From an uncultured delta proteobacterium (GTDB taxonomy: Bacteria; Desulfobacterota; Binatia; UBA9968): a DNA stretch of 64,000 nucleotides. Below the pieces are notes generated by a model. The model saw only the letters and a program-made list of their open reading frames with translations, did not search any database and was not told the DNA's origin. Shown here in pieces: positions 19,937-28,766 of the stretch. Each line of letters begins with the position of its first letter. The stretch's first letter is position 1. The stretch lies in contig CAVSLC010000006.1 of the NCBI GenBank assembly GCA_963728565.1, positions 1 to 64,000 on the forward strand. The letters are read 5' to 3'. A program made the translations under genes and the position numbers.

Positions 19937-19966
19937 ATGTTACCGGCCGAGGGTAACAGCTGTCAA
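19937..19966 (-). promoter_or_regulatory. sigma70 promoter with palindromic operator for the DUF4160 pair
   Basis: TTGACA-18 nt-TAACAT; TGTTACC-N7-GGTAACA overlaps the spacer and -10. Confidence 0.7.
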
Positions 19967-20322
19967 TCGACGTCAACCGCGAAGGTACGGCATCTTTTAA
20001 CTGGCTTGTGCGCATGAGACCGAGGGGCAAGTCATGAAACGTGCGGAGTCGGATTTTAGAAACGAAGGACAGGACGCAATGAAGAACTAAAGATACGCAG
20101 ATGAATGGTGCAGGACTCTCGTCGTCTACAGTTTCATCGATCATAGACCTAAAGATCCCGCGTTCATTGGTATTCTGAAGCGAGCTCCAGCCGATAGCGC
20201 CGATGTTGGGCGCGCTGCGCGAACGGTTCAATAGAATGGAAGAATAGTCGTTACGCCGTCACGCAAACCGAGGTTTCATCGCTTCGCCCGGCTATATGTG
20301 AACGCTAGCCAAAGAGATGGTT

Positions 20323-21043
20323 CTAACGGCGCTTCATCACAAAATCATAGGAGCAGCCCCGCGAATCCGTACGGATCGGTTCCTCGAAACTCGGTGCTAG
20401 TAAAACATCCTGGAAAAAGTGAGTTTCGCCTGCCCCTGATTTCTATGATCGGCGGCTCCATTGATTGTCGATTTCACCAGTAATGTCGCTATCAAAAGAT
20501 GAAGCTGGCTCACGCTCCATATCCCGGCGATATGTTAATCTTAAGTCACCTGTGATCAACGATTCCTTAACTCCAAAGGTATAATCGCGGAGCCGCAACC
20601 GCGGAAGCACTGTGGCACTACCCTGCCAATTCTCCATCGAATGTGTTAGAGAGCTTGACTCTGTTTAACTTTACCGGAAAAGATTTTCCGTTAGCGAATT
20701 TAATGTTGCCGGCTAATGAATCATCACCCTCCCGGGTCAGCTCGACCACGCTCTTTGAACTCGCCACTACAAAGCTGATTTGAGAGCCATCTACTTTCGC
20801 GGTGACGTTCCCGGTGTTCTCCCCGGTAATAGCCCAGCGCGCCTTTGCCGTGTTATCCGCTTCCACGGCATGGACCCTCAGCGTTCTGGCGGGCTTTTGC
20901 TTCGCCGCCATTCCGTCGATCGCTCCGTCCCAACGACCGACTAACCAGTGGGTTTGCGCCTGAGCTTGCGACAATCCAAAGCCAAACAAGGGTATGAGTA
21001 GAAGCGCAGATGCAGCGATCAACCTTATTGACGTCTTCGTCAT
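20323..21043 (-). CDS. Secreted two-domain beta-rich hypothetical protein (C-half with several frameshifts)
   Basis: Signal peptide; LVGRWDG repeated as FDGEWQG; changing frames continues to GTDPYGF.GCSYDFVMKRR* (TAG 20323-20325). Confidence 0.6.
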
Positions 21044-21128
21044 GATTATTTTTGCTCCTAAACTTTTTCGTCAAAGGGCTGCGATGTACTTGCATTCCAG
21101 ATTGCGCATCAATGTTTAAGCTCGAAGC

Positions 21129-21770
21129 TTAAGGCCCTGGAGTGAACTTGATCAGTTCAGTTTCGATGTTTGCCCCCGCACCCTCGCTTTGGCTCGACCT
21201 CTTAACGATGCTACGGGTTTCCGGACTGAAGAAGTACGTGACTGAATTTCCGCCTCTTCCCGCGCCTTTGCCCGTTGACCAGCTTTCGCTTTTTATCAGC
21301 TTATAAGCATCGAAGGCTCCCGCCGGTGTAGTCACTTTCTCCATACCGGCGACGGTGATTTCGACGGACCTCCTTTGATCCTGGCGCGAGCCCGCGGGTC
21401 GAGTTTGGTACTCGTAACTCCACTTTTGTCCGACCGAGAGCGGAAATTTTAGATCCGGCCTCTGATCGCTTTTCCCGACTAAGCTCAAGAGTGCTTGAGT
21501 AGGTCCACCGTCCACCTTTACCTCTATTTCATTTTTTTGATTCCCGTTTACCTCAAATAATTTCACGTTACCTTGTGTAAAAACTAGTTCGTATGTTCCA
21601 TCATTTAACTCGGTCGAGCTTACCGCGCCTCCTTTCCGGCTGATGTTAAACTGCCAAGTGTCGCCGTCTTTGTGAGTCGGCGCTGGAGCTTGGTCCTGAG
21701 CAAGAACCATTGACGCGGTTATCGCTATTACAACTAGACTACTAACAATAAATTTATGTCTCATCGTCAT
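21129..21770 (-). CDS. Secreted hypothetical protein
   Basis: Signal peptide (..VLAQ); APT...GDTW, LKFPLSVGQKW, EKVTTPAGAFDAYK motifs. Confidence 0.8.
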   Translation of the reverse strand: MTMRHKFIVSSLVVIAITASMVLAQDQAPAPTHKDGDTWQFNISRKGGAVSSTELNDGTYELVFTQGNVKLFEVNGNQKNEIEVKVDGGPTQALLSLVGKSDQRPDLKFPLSVGQKWSYEYQTRPAGSRQDQRRSVEITVAGMEKVTTPAGAFDAYKLIKSESWSTGKGAGRGGNSVTYFFSPETRSIVKRSSQSEGAGANIETELIKFTPGP

Positions 21771-22120
21771 GCCCTCTTAAGCCGCAACGTTACCTAGATT
21801 CGTCTTTCGTTAATTCATTTGTTCGAGTTTTAAGGCTCTGTTGGTCGCCCGATCCCATATAGAAAATTGTCGGTAAAAACGAAGAGTGCGTATACACAAT
21901 CGTGTTGTCATTTGAACTTCTTGTGCACGGGGATGAAGCGGCGTGTTTGTTTGCGATGAAAGTTTCCGCATGAAGAAGCGTTAGCCAACATACCGAAATT
22001 GAAGATGCAAGCTTTCCCGTCATCTTTTCCGCATAAACTGGGGCCGTTAGCACCGTGCCGATTACAGCCACATATAAAAATCTCCGAGATGCCTTTTTTC
22101 TTCGAACCGAGAAAAACTGA

Positions 22121-24271
22121 TTAGGGCACGATGCGAATCGAGTCACTTCCTATGATCGCCACCTGGTCCAGAGTCTGTCCCTTAAGGACACCCACACTGT
22201 CACCGAATCGGAATCCAGCAATCCTGGTATTAAAATGACAAGCTAGATCGGGCAATCCATCATCGTTCGAATCTTCCAAATGGCAGAGGTCTAATGATTT
22301 CTCATTGCCGGTCCGTCCGAAACGGAGTGATGTCCAATTTATCTCTCGCGCATCAAAGTCCACGGTAGAGAGTATAACCACAGGGATTTTTCCACTGCTT
22401 TTCGGATTTATGCTATTTGGAGATTCACCAGGCTTAACTCTCACGATCACTGGGAGTGCCACACTCGGTGTTGTTAGTTCCCTTATCGATCCTTCAAAGA
22501 GGCCATCGCGATCGAATGTAAGTGCAGTAAGCCATATGTGACCTTCCGGTAATAAACCGACTCGTGGGTCTATACCACTCACCCGAAAGCCGTCCACTCG
22601 CTGTATAAACCTGTATTCTGTAAGTGGTGCAATCTTTATTGGTTTGGTCCAATTTCCGGCAGTAGTTGTCTCCAGTAAATACGAGGGCACCATGGAACCC
22701 AAATATGGGAGCACAAATGATGAAAACTGAGGGCCGTTTGGAACGCTATTGTATTCGAAACCTATTGCAATATCGGGGTCGAGCAAGATCGGCGTGCCTT
22801 TCTGAACTGGAACCGAAAAGCTGGAGGTTCCATCCTGTACCGACTTTGGTTGAACGATCGGGATTGTCGGTTGAGATCCATCCCATTCTTCGATTTGCCG
22901 AAGTAGTTGACATCTTTGCATTGTCATACCACGACAGATCTCGTCATTCCTATTGTTGTAAAAATCAATCAGTACGGGTGATGCTTCTCGGATTTCATCA
23001 CTGAGTAATGCTTCAGTTACGTTAAGGAATGGTCCTAAGACTCTCGCTATCGCGGAGGACAACCCTTGAGGAATGGCTTCGCCGATTCTTAGCAAGAAAT
23101 CTTGAAATGCCTCGACACCTCGGTTGTTCTCAATTGCGAGAAGGAGCTCAGGAAGGATTTCAGGTGGGAAATCTCTAGAAGTAGCATCTATCCAGTACAG
23201 TATCTGGTCCCAAGTGCCTTGTGATAAACGCGGTGCTATGTCGGCAGGATTTGGCAAAGGTAAAGCCGGGCCAGGCACAATCTCAACCATTGGAATTCCT
23301 GGAGGAGAGAGTGGAGGGGGGTCGAATATAGTAACTGTTGCACTAGTTGGTGTGCCTAAGGTGTACGAGCTATCGGTCTCTAGTTGGATGAAGACAGTCT
23401 CGGGACCTTCCGAAACTCCATCGACAACAGGAGTCAAGTTGATCGTGCCGGAACTCTGCCCTGCAGGGATGGTTAGGGCGCCTGGTAACATCTGATAGTC
23501 TACGCTGTTGGCAGCAGAACCACCTAGTGTATAGTTAACCGTCAAAGCCGCTCCTGTACTACCAGTTCGGCTAATGGTAAGGACGCCGCCCGCTCCGCCC
23601 TCTGTCGCTGTGTTTTGTGTAGCTGAGATTGAGATTTTCGGTTGCTCGCAACCTGGCCCCGTTAATACGGTTACGCGAGCGGGAGAACTATTCTGTAATG
23701 AGACTACCGGCGCATTGGCGCATACTGTCCATGTCGATCCTGTTTGATCAAAAGACGGGATGCCGACTATGCCGGTGATTGACTCTCCAGCATTAAGAGA
23801 AATCCTGCCAGGACTGGCGGAACCAAGAGTATAAAACGTAGTAGATACGGTAATCTTTCGCCCAGCTGTGACTGTTAAGCTGCCGTTGTAAATCCGTGTT
23901 ATTCCACCTTGTGCTGACACTCCATTCCAGATGACCTCGTTCGTAGCACTGATCGATGAGAACTGACGGTCTTCAATATCGAGTGGATGCACTACGCCGT
24001 TGCCGGTAAGAACGCATTCTTGCGTCGCAGGACTTCCGACAATGAATACTGGAGGTTCGCAACTAAGTGGAATAGGCGTAATTACACCAGGATCGATACA
24101 AGTACTTCGAAGCGGCGCCCAGCTATAAGGGCAGCTATTAACCTCTAGCCTAACATCGGTAAATGCAGCCGCAGGAGCTGTAGAAATCGCGTACGCAATT
24201 AAAGCGCAAACCGCTAAAATCCTGGAGTACCTGTTTAGCGGTATCCGTATAAGATTGTTGCACAATTGCAT
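22121..24271 (-). CDS. Secreted multidomain Calx-beta protein
   Basis: Signal peptide; ATEGG..LTISRTG...LTVNY...DY...TIPAGQSS...DGVSEGPET (Calx-beta); C-terminal KPG..PNSINPKS.GKIPV..LS domain with DSNDDG. Confidence 0.85.
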   Translation of the reverse strand: MQLCNNLIRIPLNRYSRILAVCALIAYAISTAPAAAFTDVRLEVNSCPYSWAPLRSTCIDPGVITPIPLSCEPPVFIVGSPATQECVLTGNGVVHPLDIEDRQFSSISATNEVIWNGVSAQGGITRIYNGSLTVTAGRKITVSTTFYTLGSASPGRISLNAGESITGIVGIPSFDQTGSTWTVCANAPVVSLQNSSPARVTVLTGPGCEQPKISISATQNTATEGGAGGVLTISRTGSTGAALTVNYTLGGSAANSVDYQMLPGALTIPAGQSSGTINLTPVVDGVSEGPETVFIQLETDSSYTLGTPTSATVTIFDPPPLSPPGIPMVEIVPGPALPLPNPADIAPRLSQGTWDQILYWIDATSRDFPPEILPELLLAIENNRGVEAFQDFLLRIGEAIPQGLSSAIARVLGPFLNVTEALLSDEIREASPVLIDFYNNRNDEICRGMTMQRCQLLRQIEEWDGSQPTIPIVQPKSVQDGTSSFSVPVQKGTPILLDPDIAIGFEYNSVPNGPQFSSFVLPYLGSMVPSYLLETTTAGNWTKPIKIAPLTEYRFIQRVDGFRVSGIDPRVGLLPEGHIWLTALTFDRDGLFEGSIRELTTPSVALPVIVRVKPGESPNSINPKSSGKIPVVILSTVDFDAREINWTSLRFGRTGNEKSLDLCHLEDSNDDGLPDLACHFNTRIAGFRFGDSVGVLKGQTLDQVAIIGSDSIRIVP

Positions 24272-24532
24272 GTTCCGCCTCCTGCTTCATTCTTGAGTTG
24301 TCGACTTTAAAGTCCAATGGTTGAGCCAAATATCCCAGGCATGGAACTGAGAAAAGTTGCTTCTTATATGTCACTGGCTCTGAGCTAGCTTTTTTCTACC
24401 GCTCTTCGTGACCCATCGGTCATACGGCAACATGTCAGATCGTTTTCTCCGCGAAGACGTGTTGCTCTAGCGTGCGTCAACACTGGCGTCGCCCCCGTGC
24501 GAGGGTGATGCCTGAGTGGCTGATGTTTATTG

Positions 24533-24547
24533 GCAATCAGAGTGCCA
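24533..24547 (-). promoter_or_regulatory. sigma54 -24/-12 promoter (leftward)
   Basis: TGGCAC-TCTGA-TTGC on the minus strand; matches TGGCAC-N5-TTGC. Confidence 0.75.
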
Positions 24548-24618
24548 AGGGCGAAATGTCTGCTGACGCCTACAATCTATGATCAATTGTCCGATAGCAG
24601 CGCTCGGAAGCACACGTT

Positions 24619-24659
24619 CGGTGGCTTTTTCTCCACCGTAGGTGTTCTAAATGCCACCT
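24619..24659. promoter_or_regulatory. Tandem palindromic enhancer (candidate bEBP UAS)
   Basis: GGTG-N10-CACC at 24620-24637 and 24641-24658, 21-bp period. Confidence 0.65.
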
Positions 24660-24730
24660 CTCTTTTGTGGACATGAGCTGAAACAGATTATGTGAGGGCT
24701 GGCGCACGAGCTTAACGAAATATCTACCGA

Positions 24731-24745
24731 TGGCACTAGCATTGC
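24731..24745 (+). promoter_or_regulatory. sigma54 -24/-12 promoter (rightward)
   Basis: TGGCAC-TAGCA-TTGC; matches consensus; implies the true start is 24808 rather than 24730. Confidence 0.75.
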
Positions 24746-24807
24746 GCCAGCAATCAGCGGCATACCATCGCGGGGCAACTCTGTGGTATATGAGCCCGGG
24801 GGTTTTT

Positions 24808-25767
24808 ATGAAAACATGCCTTGTGCTGTTTCTCCTCGCGGCTGCCGTATGTTCGGTTGATACATCTGCTGACGCACAGGCGCTAGGAAAAGTAGCCCGT
24901 ATTGGCCTGTTGCAGTTTCAGCAGGTTGAGGGTGTAGCGTTCCTTCGTCAGCTTAAGCAGATGGGCTATTCGGAAGGAAGAAATATTTCTCTTGAGTATC
25001 GGTGGGCAGATGGACAGCATCATCTTTTGCCAACCCTAGCGGCCGACCTGGTTCGTCTCAGAGTTGATGTTATTGTCGCGAACGGACCGACAGCGATTGG
25101 TCCCACTATCAAGGCAACAAAAACCATTCCCATCGTAATGGTTAGCGGTGGTAATCCTATTAGCCGTGGCTTCGTCCAAAGCCTTTCACGTCCGGGCGAC
25201 AACGTTACGGGACTGTCTAGCGACAATGCCGGGGTAAGTGGTAAGCGACTGGAATTACTGAAGGAGACACTGCCTTTTATCACACGCGTTGCTCTTCTTA
25301 ATCCGGAACATAGAAGTCCGGATCGTATCGGAGAATATAACCGGGTGGCAGCAAAGTTGGGTATTAGGATTCACTCTTTCGCGGTAGAGACTAGCCAGGA
25401 CCTCGAACCGGCAATGGCAAGAATCGCCGTGATGCATCCCGATGCGCTCGTAACGGTTCGACACAATCTGACCGTTAATCATTCTGGGCTCATCACAGAG
25501 TTCGCCCTAAAGCATCGGCTGCCCTCGATGCACGGTGCAGAGCAAATCGTTCGCAACGGTGGGTTGATGTCATATGGTATCGACTATACCGCATCGTGGC
25601 GGCGCGCCGCCGTGTTCGTTGACAAAATTCTGAAAGGGGCAAATCCGGGGAATCTGCCTGTTGAGCCGACTCAACTCACGTTTGCTATCAATCTTAGGAC
25701 TGCGAAAAAGATCGGTGTTGTCATTCCGCCTGAGATTTTGCTGGAAGCGAATGAGGTGATTAGATAA
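24808..25767 (+). CDS. ABC_sub_bind (PF04392-type) substrate-binding protein
   Basis: Signal peptide; GYSEGRNI.LEYRWA, SLSRPGDNVTG, GGLMSYG, DKILKGA.P..LPVE. Confidence 0.9.
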   Translation: MKTCLVLFLLAAAVCSVDTSADAQALGKVARIGLLQFQQVEGVAFLRQLKQMGYSEGRNISLEYRWADGQHHLLPTLAADLVRLRVDVIVANGPTAIGPTIKATKTIPIVMVSGGNPISRGFVQSLSRPGDNVTGLSSDNAGVSGKRLELLKETLPFITRVALLNPEHRSPDRIGEYNRVAAKLGIRIHSFAVETSQDLEPAMARIAVMHPDALVTVRHNLTVNHSGLITEFALKHRLPSMHGAEQIVRNGGLMSYGIDYTASWRRAAVFVDKILKGANPGNLPVEPTQLTFAINLRTAKKIGVVIPPEILLEANEVIR

Positions 25768-25813
25768 TCAATTTTGGGCTGATCTTTTTGCTCGCGAGTA
25801 AGAAACCGCTTGT

Positions 25814-26788
25814 ATGAAAATCTTTGTTCTGCTGGTTGTACTGATGGCCGTGCAGACGTTATTTGAGAATGTTTCTAAGGCAGACCAATCGCGGCAGGTT
25901 CCCCGCATCGGTATAGTAGTCTCCGGCTCAGCTTCCAATCCAGAACAGTATCGCAACCGAAAGGTTTTCCTCGGCGCCCTGCGGGAGCTCGGGTATATCG
26001 CGGGGCAGAACATCATCCTTGACTATCGCTATGCCGAGGGGAAGGCCGAAGCGCTGCCTGAACTTTTGCGGGAACTCATTCGACTGAAGGTTTCTATATT
26101 GATTCCTTCGGGACCTACAGTGTTGGAACCTGCCGTGAAAGCAACGCAGACGATTCCTATTCTCATGCACGATTCCGGGAACGCTGTTCGCCGCGGTTTT
26201 ATCGAGACATTCGCGCGTCCGGGGCGGAACGTCACCGGAGTTTCGACTTACGTGCCCGGCCTATATGCCAAACAGTTGGAGTTACTGAAGGAGACGATTC
26301 CGTCGGCTGCCCGTCTAGCAGTCATTATTCCGGCACGAAATTCAAGCATAGGCGAATATCGTGATGCGGCACAATCATTACAGATGAAGATACAATCGCG
26401 CGATTTTGTCGATTCAGAAACGCTTGAGGGCGTTTTGCTTAGACTGACAAGCATGCGGCCTGATGCGCTCGCCGTGGTACGGCACACATCAACGATCCAA
26501 TACGCTCCCCATATAACTAATCTTGCGCTAAAGAACCGGCTGCCGTCCATGTTCGATTCGCAACAATTTGTTCAGGCGGGAGGACTGATGTCGTATGGTG
26601 TTAACCGCAGCGCTGTTTGGCGGCGGATCGCGGTTTATGTGGATAAGCTTCTGAAAGGAGCGAATCCAGCGACTCTACCAGTGGAGCCCGCCCCCTTAGA
26701 GTTCGCAATCAATCTAAAGACGGCGCGAACAATCGGCGTCTCGATTCCGCCGGAAATATTGCTGGAAGCAAATAGTGTCATTAGATAG
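25814..26788 (+). CDS. ABC_sub_bind (PF04392-type) substrate-binding protein, paralog
   Basis: Same motifs; near-identical C-terminus IPPEILLEAN.VIR. Confidence 0.9.
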   Translation: MKIFVLLVVLMAVQTLFENVSKADQSRQVPRIGIVVSGSASNPEQYRNRKVFLGALRELGYIAGQNIILDYRYAEGKAEALPELLRELIRLKVSILIPSGPTVLEPAVKATQTIPILMHDSGNAVRRGFIETFARPGRNVTGVSTYVPGLYAKQLELLKETIPSAARLAVIIPARNSSIGEYRDAAQSLQMKIQSRDFVDSETLEGVLLRLTSMRPDALAVVRHTSTIQYAPHITNLALKNRLPSMFDSQQFVQAGGLMSYGVNRSAVWRRIAVYVDKLLKGANPATLPVEPAPLEFAINLKTARTIGVSIPPEILLEANSVIR

Positions 26789-26837
26789 ACGGCTCTACGT
26801 GGGATCGTAGATCCTTCGGTGTCGTTCAGGACGGGTT

Positions 26838-28766
26838 TTGGATTTTCAATCAATAAAAAGCCCAGTGACTGATTTCGTTCGACTGTTTCGAGGCCGTAGA
26901 GAAGGCCGTCTTGTCCGCCATTACTTTCTAGCACTGGCGATTCTTATCTGCAGCGCACTGATCACGAGTGGATTTTTAGAAGTATATTTTGGCTATCAGG
27001 AGAGCTGGGAACATTTCAGCCTGATACAGCAACAAATCGCCGCCTCGACCGCATTCAAGATCGAACAATACATCCAAGAAATCGAACGATCGATGAGAAC
27101 CGCGACAAAAACCCGTGAAATCGTCCGCGATGGAATCACCGCGGACTTCAAATGGGACCTGAGGCGGCTGCTGGTAACCACTCCCGCCATGACTGAAGCA
27201 GTAGCCTTTGACTTGAGCGGGGTTAAAAGGGCGGACGCCTCGCGGATGCGCTCTGCGGCTCTATTCCATGCGAATGCTGCCTCCCCAGAAGCATTGTCAA
27301 ATGCGCGTCAGAACAGATCGTACTTCAGTCCAGTACACTTCACGAGTACAACTGGACCGTACATGATGGTTGCCGTTCCCATCGAGCAGTTTGCCGGTGA
27401 AGTGATCGGGATCATGCAAGGAACCCTAGATCTCAAGTACGTAGGCGAGTTGATATCGAATATCCGGGTTGGCAAAGCCGGATCCGCCTATCTGGTTACT
27501 GATTCCGGCCAACTTATTGCGCACTCGGATCTTAGCGTGGTGTTACAGAATCATGATGTACGAGAAATGAATCATGTCAAAGCTGCTTTCGACGGTGCTC
27601 AGGTTCCGGGACAGCCGAGTGCATTTGTAAGCCACAATGTGAAAGGCGACAAAGTCTTTAGCTCGTATGTTGTAGTTCCCGGCTTGGGTTGGGCGGTCTT
27701 CGCAGAGCAGCCGATCCAAGAAGTCTATGCGCCGCTGTATGCCTCGATGGTAAGGACGTCAGCCTTACTTTTCACCGGCCTTTGTGTGGCCTTGTTTGCC
27801 ACATTTGTAGTTAGGCGGCGCGTGGTCGGCCCACTGGAAACACTTCGAGCAGGAGTGTCGCGCATTCGTAAAGGCGATCTGACTGCCCGACTCGATCTCA
27901 AAACCGGAGATGACATCGAGATTCTAGCCGACGAGTTTAATGCGATGGCTGTGAATCTCAAGAATGCCTATTCGAAGTTGGAGGACAAGGTAGCGGAACG
28001 AACGGCCGCGCTAAGCACGGCTAATATGAACCTTGAGGAGGCAAGCCGGCACAAGTCGAGATTTCTTGCGAACGCCAACCATGAGTTGCGCACCCCGGTA
28101 AGCGCGATCATCGGTTATGGACGTATAATTCTACGAGAAACGCAGGGTCAGATAACGAAATTGCAGCGCGAGAATGTGCAGGATTTACTCAACAATGCGG
28201 ATCGCCTGCTCGACCTCATCGATACGCTGCTGGACCTGGCGAAGATCGAAGCGGGCAAAATCGATTGCCGGATAGAGTCGGTCAATATAGACGAGCTGGT
28301 TCAAAGCGTGACGTCGACGGTCGAACCTTTTCTCAACAGTGGCCGAGTACGAATAAGCCGCGATATTGCCCTGCACCTACCGTCGGTGCGGACAGATCGT
28401 GAGAAGCTAAGACAGATTCTCTTAAACCTCTTGAGCAATGCCGTTAAGTTTACCGAGCGCGGTGAAATAAAAATCTCTGCGTTCTCTAGAGATGACAGGT
28501 TGGAAATAACCATCGCAGACACGGGGATCGGCATTGAGACGGAAGACTTACATCAAATCTTCGAGGAATTTTACCGTGGAGGTGCGGCCCGCTCGCGAAA
28601 GTACCGCGGCACTGGCTTGGGTCTGGCTATCGTCAAGAAGCTAGTTGCCGTTCTCGGTGGACAGATTGATGTCGAAAGCGAGTTAGGCAAAGGGTCGACT
28701 TTCACGCTGGCCATTCCGCTCGACTACACCGCCGAGCCGTCTGCGAGGATGACTGCACGAAGATGA
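26838..28766 (+). CDS. Sensor histidine kinase (TM-Cache-TM-HAMP-HisKA-HATPase)
   Basis: AYLVTDSGQLIAH (Cache); HELRTP; NLLSNAVKFT; DTGIGI; GTGLGL. Confidence 0.93.
   Translation: MDFQSIKSPVTDFVRLFRGRREGRLVRHYFLALAILICSALITSGFLEVYFGYQESWEHFSLIQQQIAASTAFKIEQYIQEIERSMRTATKTREIVRDGITADFKWDLRRLLVTTPAMTEAVAFDLSGVKRADASRMRSAALFHANAASPEALSNARQNRSYFSPVHFTSTTGPYMMVAVPIEQFAGEVIGIMQGTLDLKYVGELISNIRVGKAGSAYLVTDSGQLIAHSDLSVVLQNHDVREMNHVKAAFDGAQVPGQPSAFVSHNVKGDKVFSSYVVVPGLGWAVFAEQPIQEVYAPLYASMVRTSALLFTGLCVALFATFVVRRRVVGPLETLRAGVSRIRKGDLTARLDLKTGDDIEILADEFNAMAVNLKNAYSKLEDKVAERTAALSTANMNLEEASRHKSRFLANANHELRTPVSAIIGYGRIILRETQGQITKLQRENVQDLLNNADRLLDLIDTLLDLAKIEAGKIDCRIESVNIDELVQSVTSTVEPFLNSGRVRISRDIALHLPSVRTDREKLRQILLNLLSNAVKFTERGEIKISAFSRDDRLEITIADTGIGIETEDLHQIFEEFYRGGAARSRKYRGTGLGLAIVKKLVAVLGGQIDVESELGKGSTFTLAIPLDYTAEPSARMTARR

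Noticed and set aside
21050-21125. CTTAAAC...GTTTAGG as an attC between secreted-protein genes
   Set aside because: No internal L-box complementarity; the right end overlaps the RBS.
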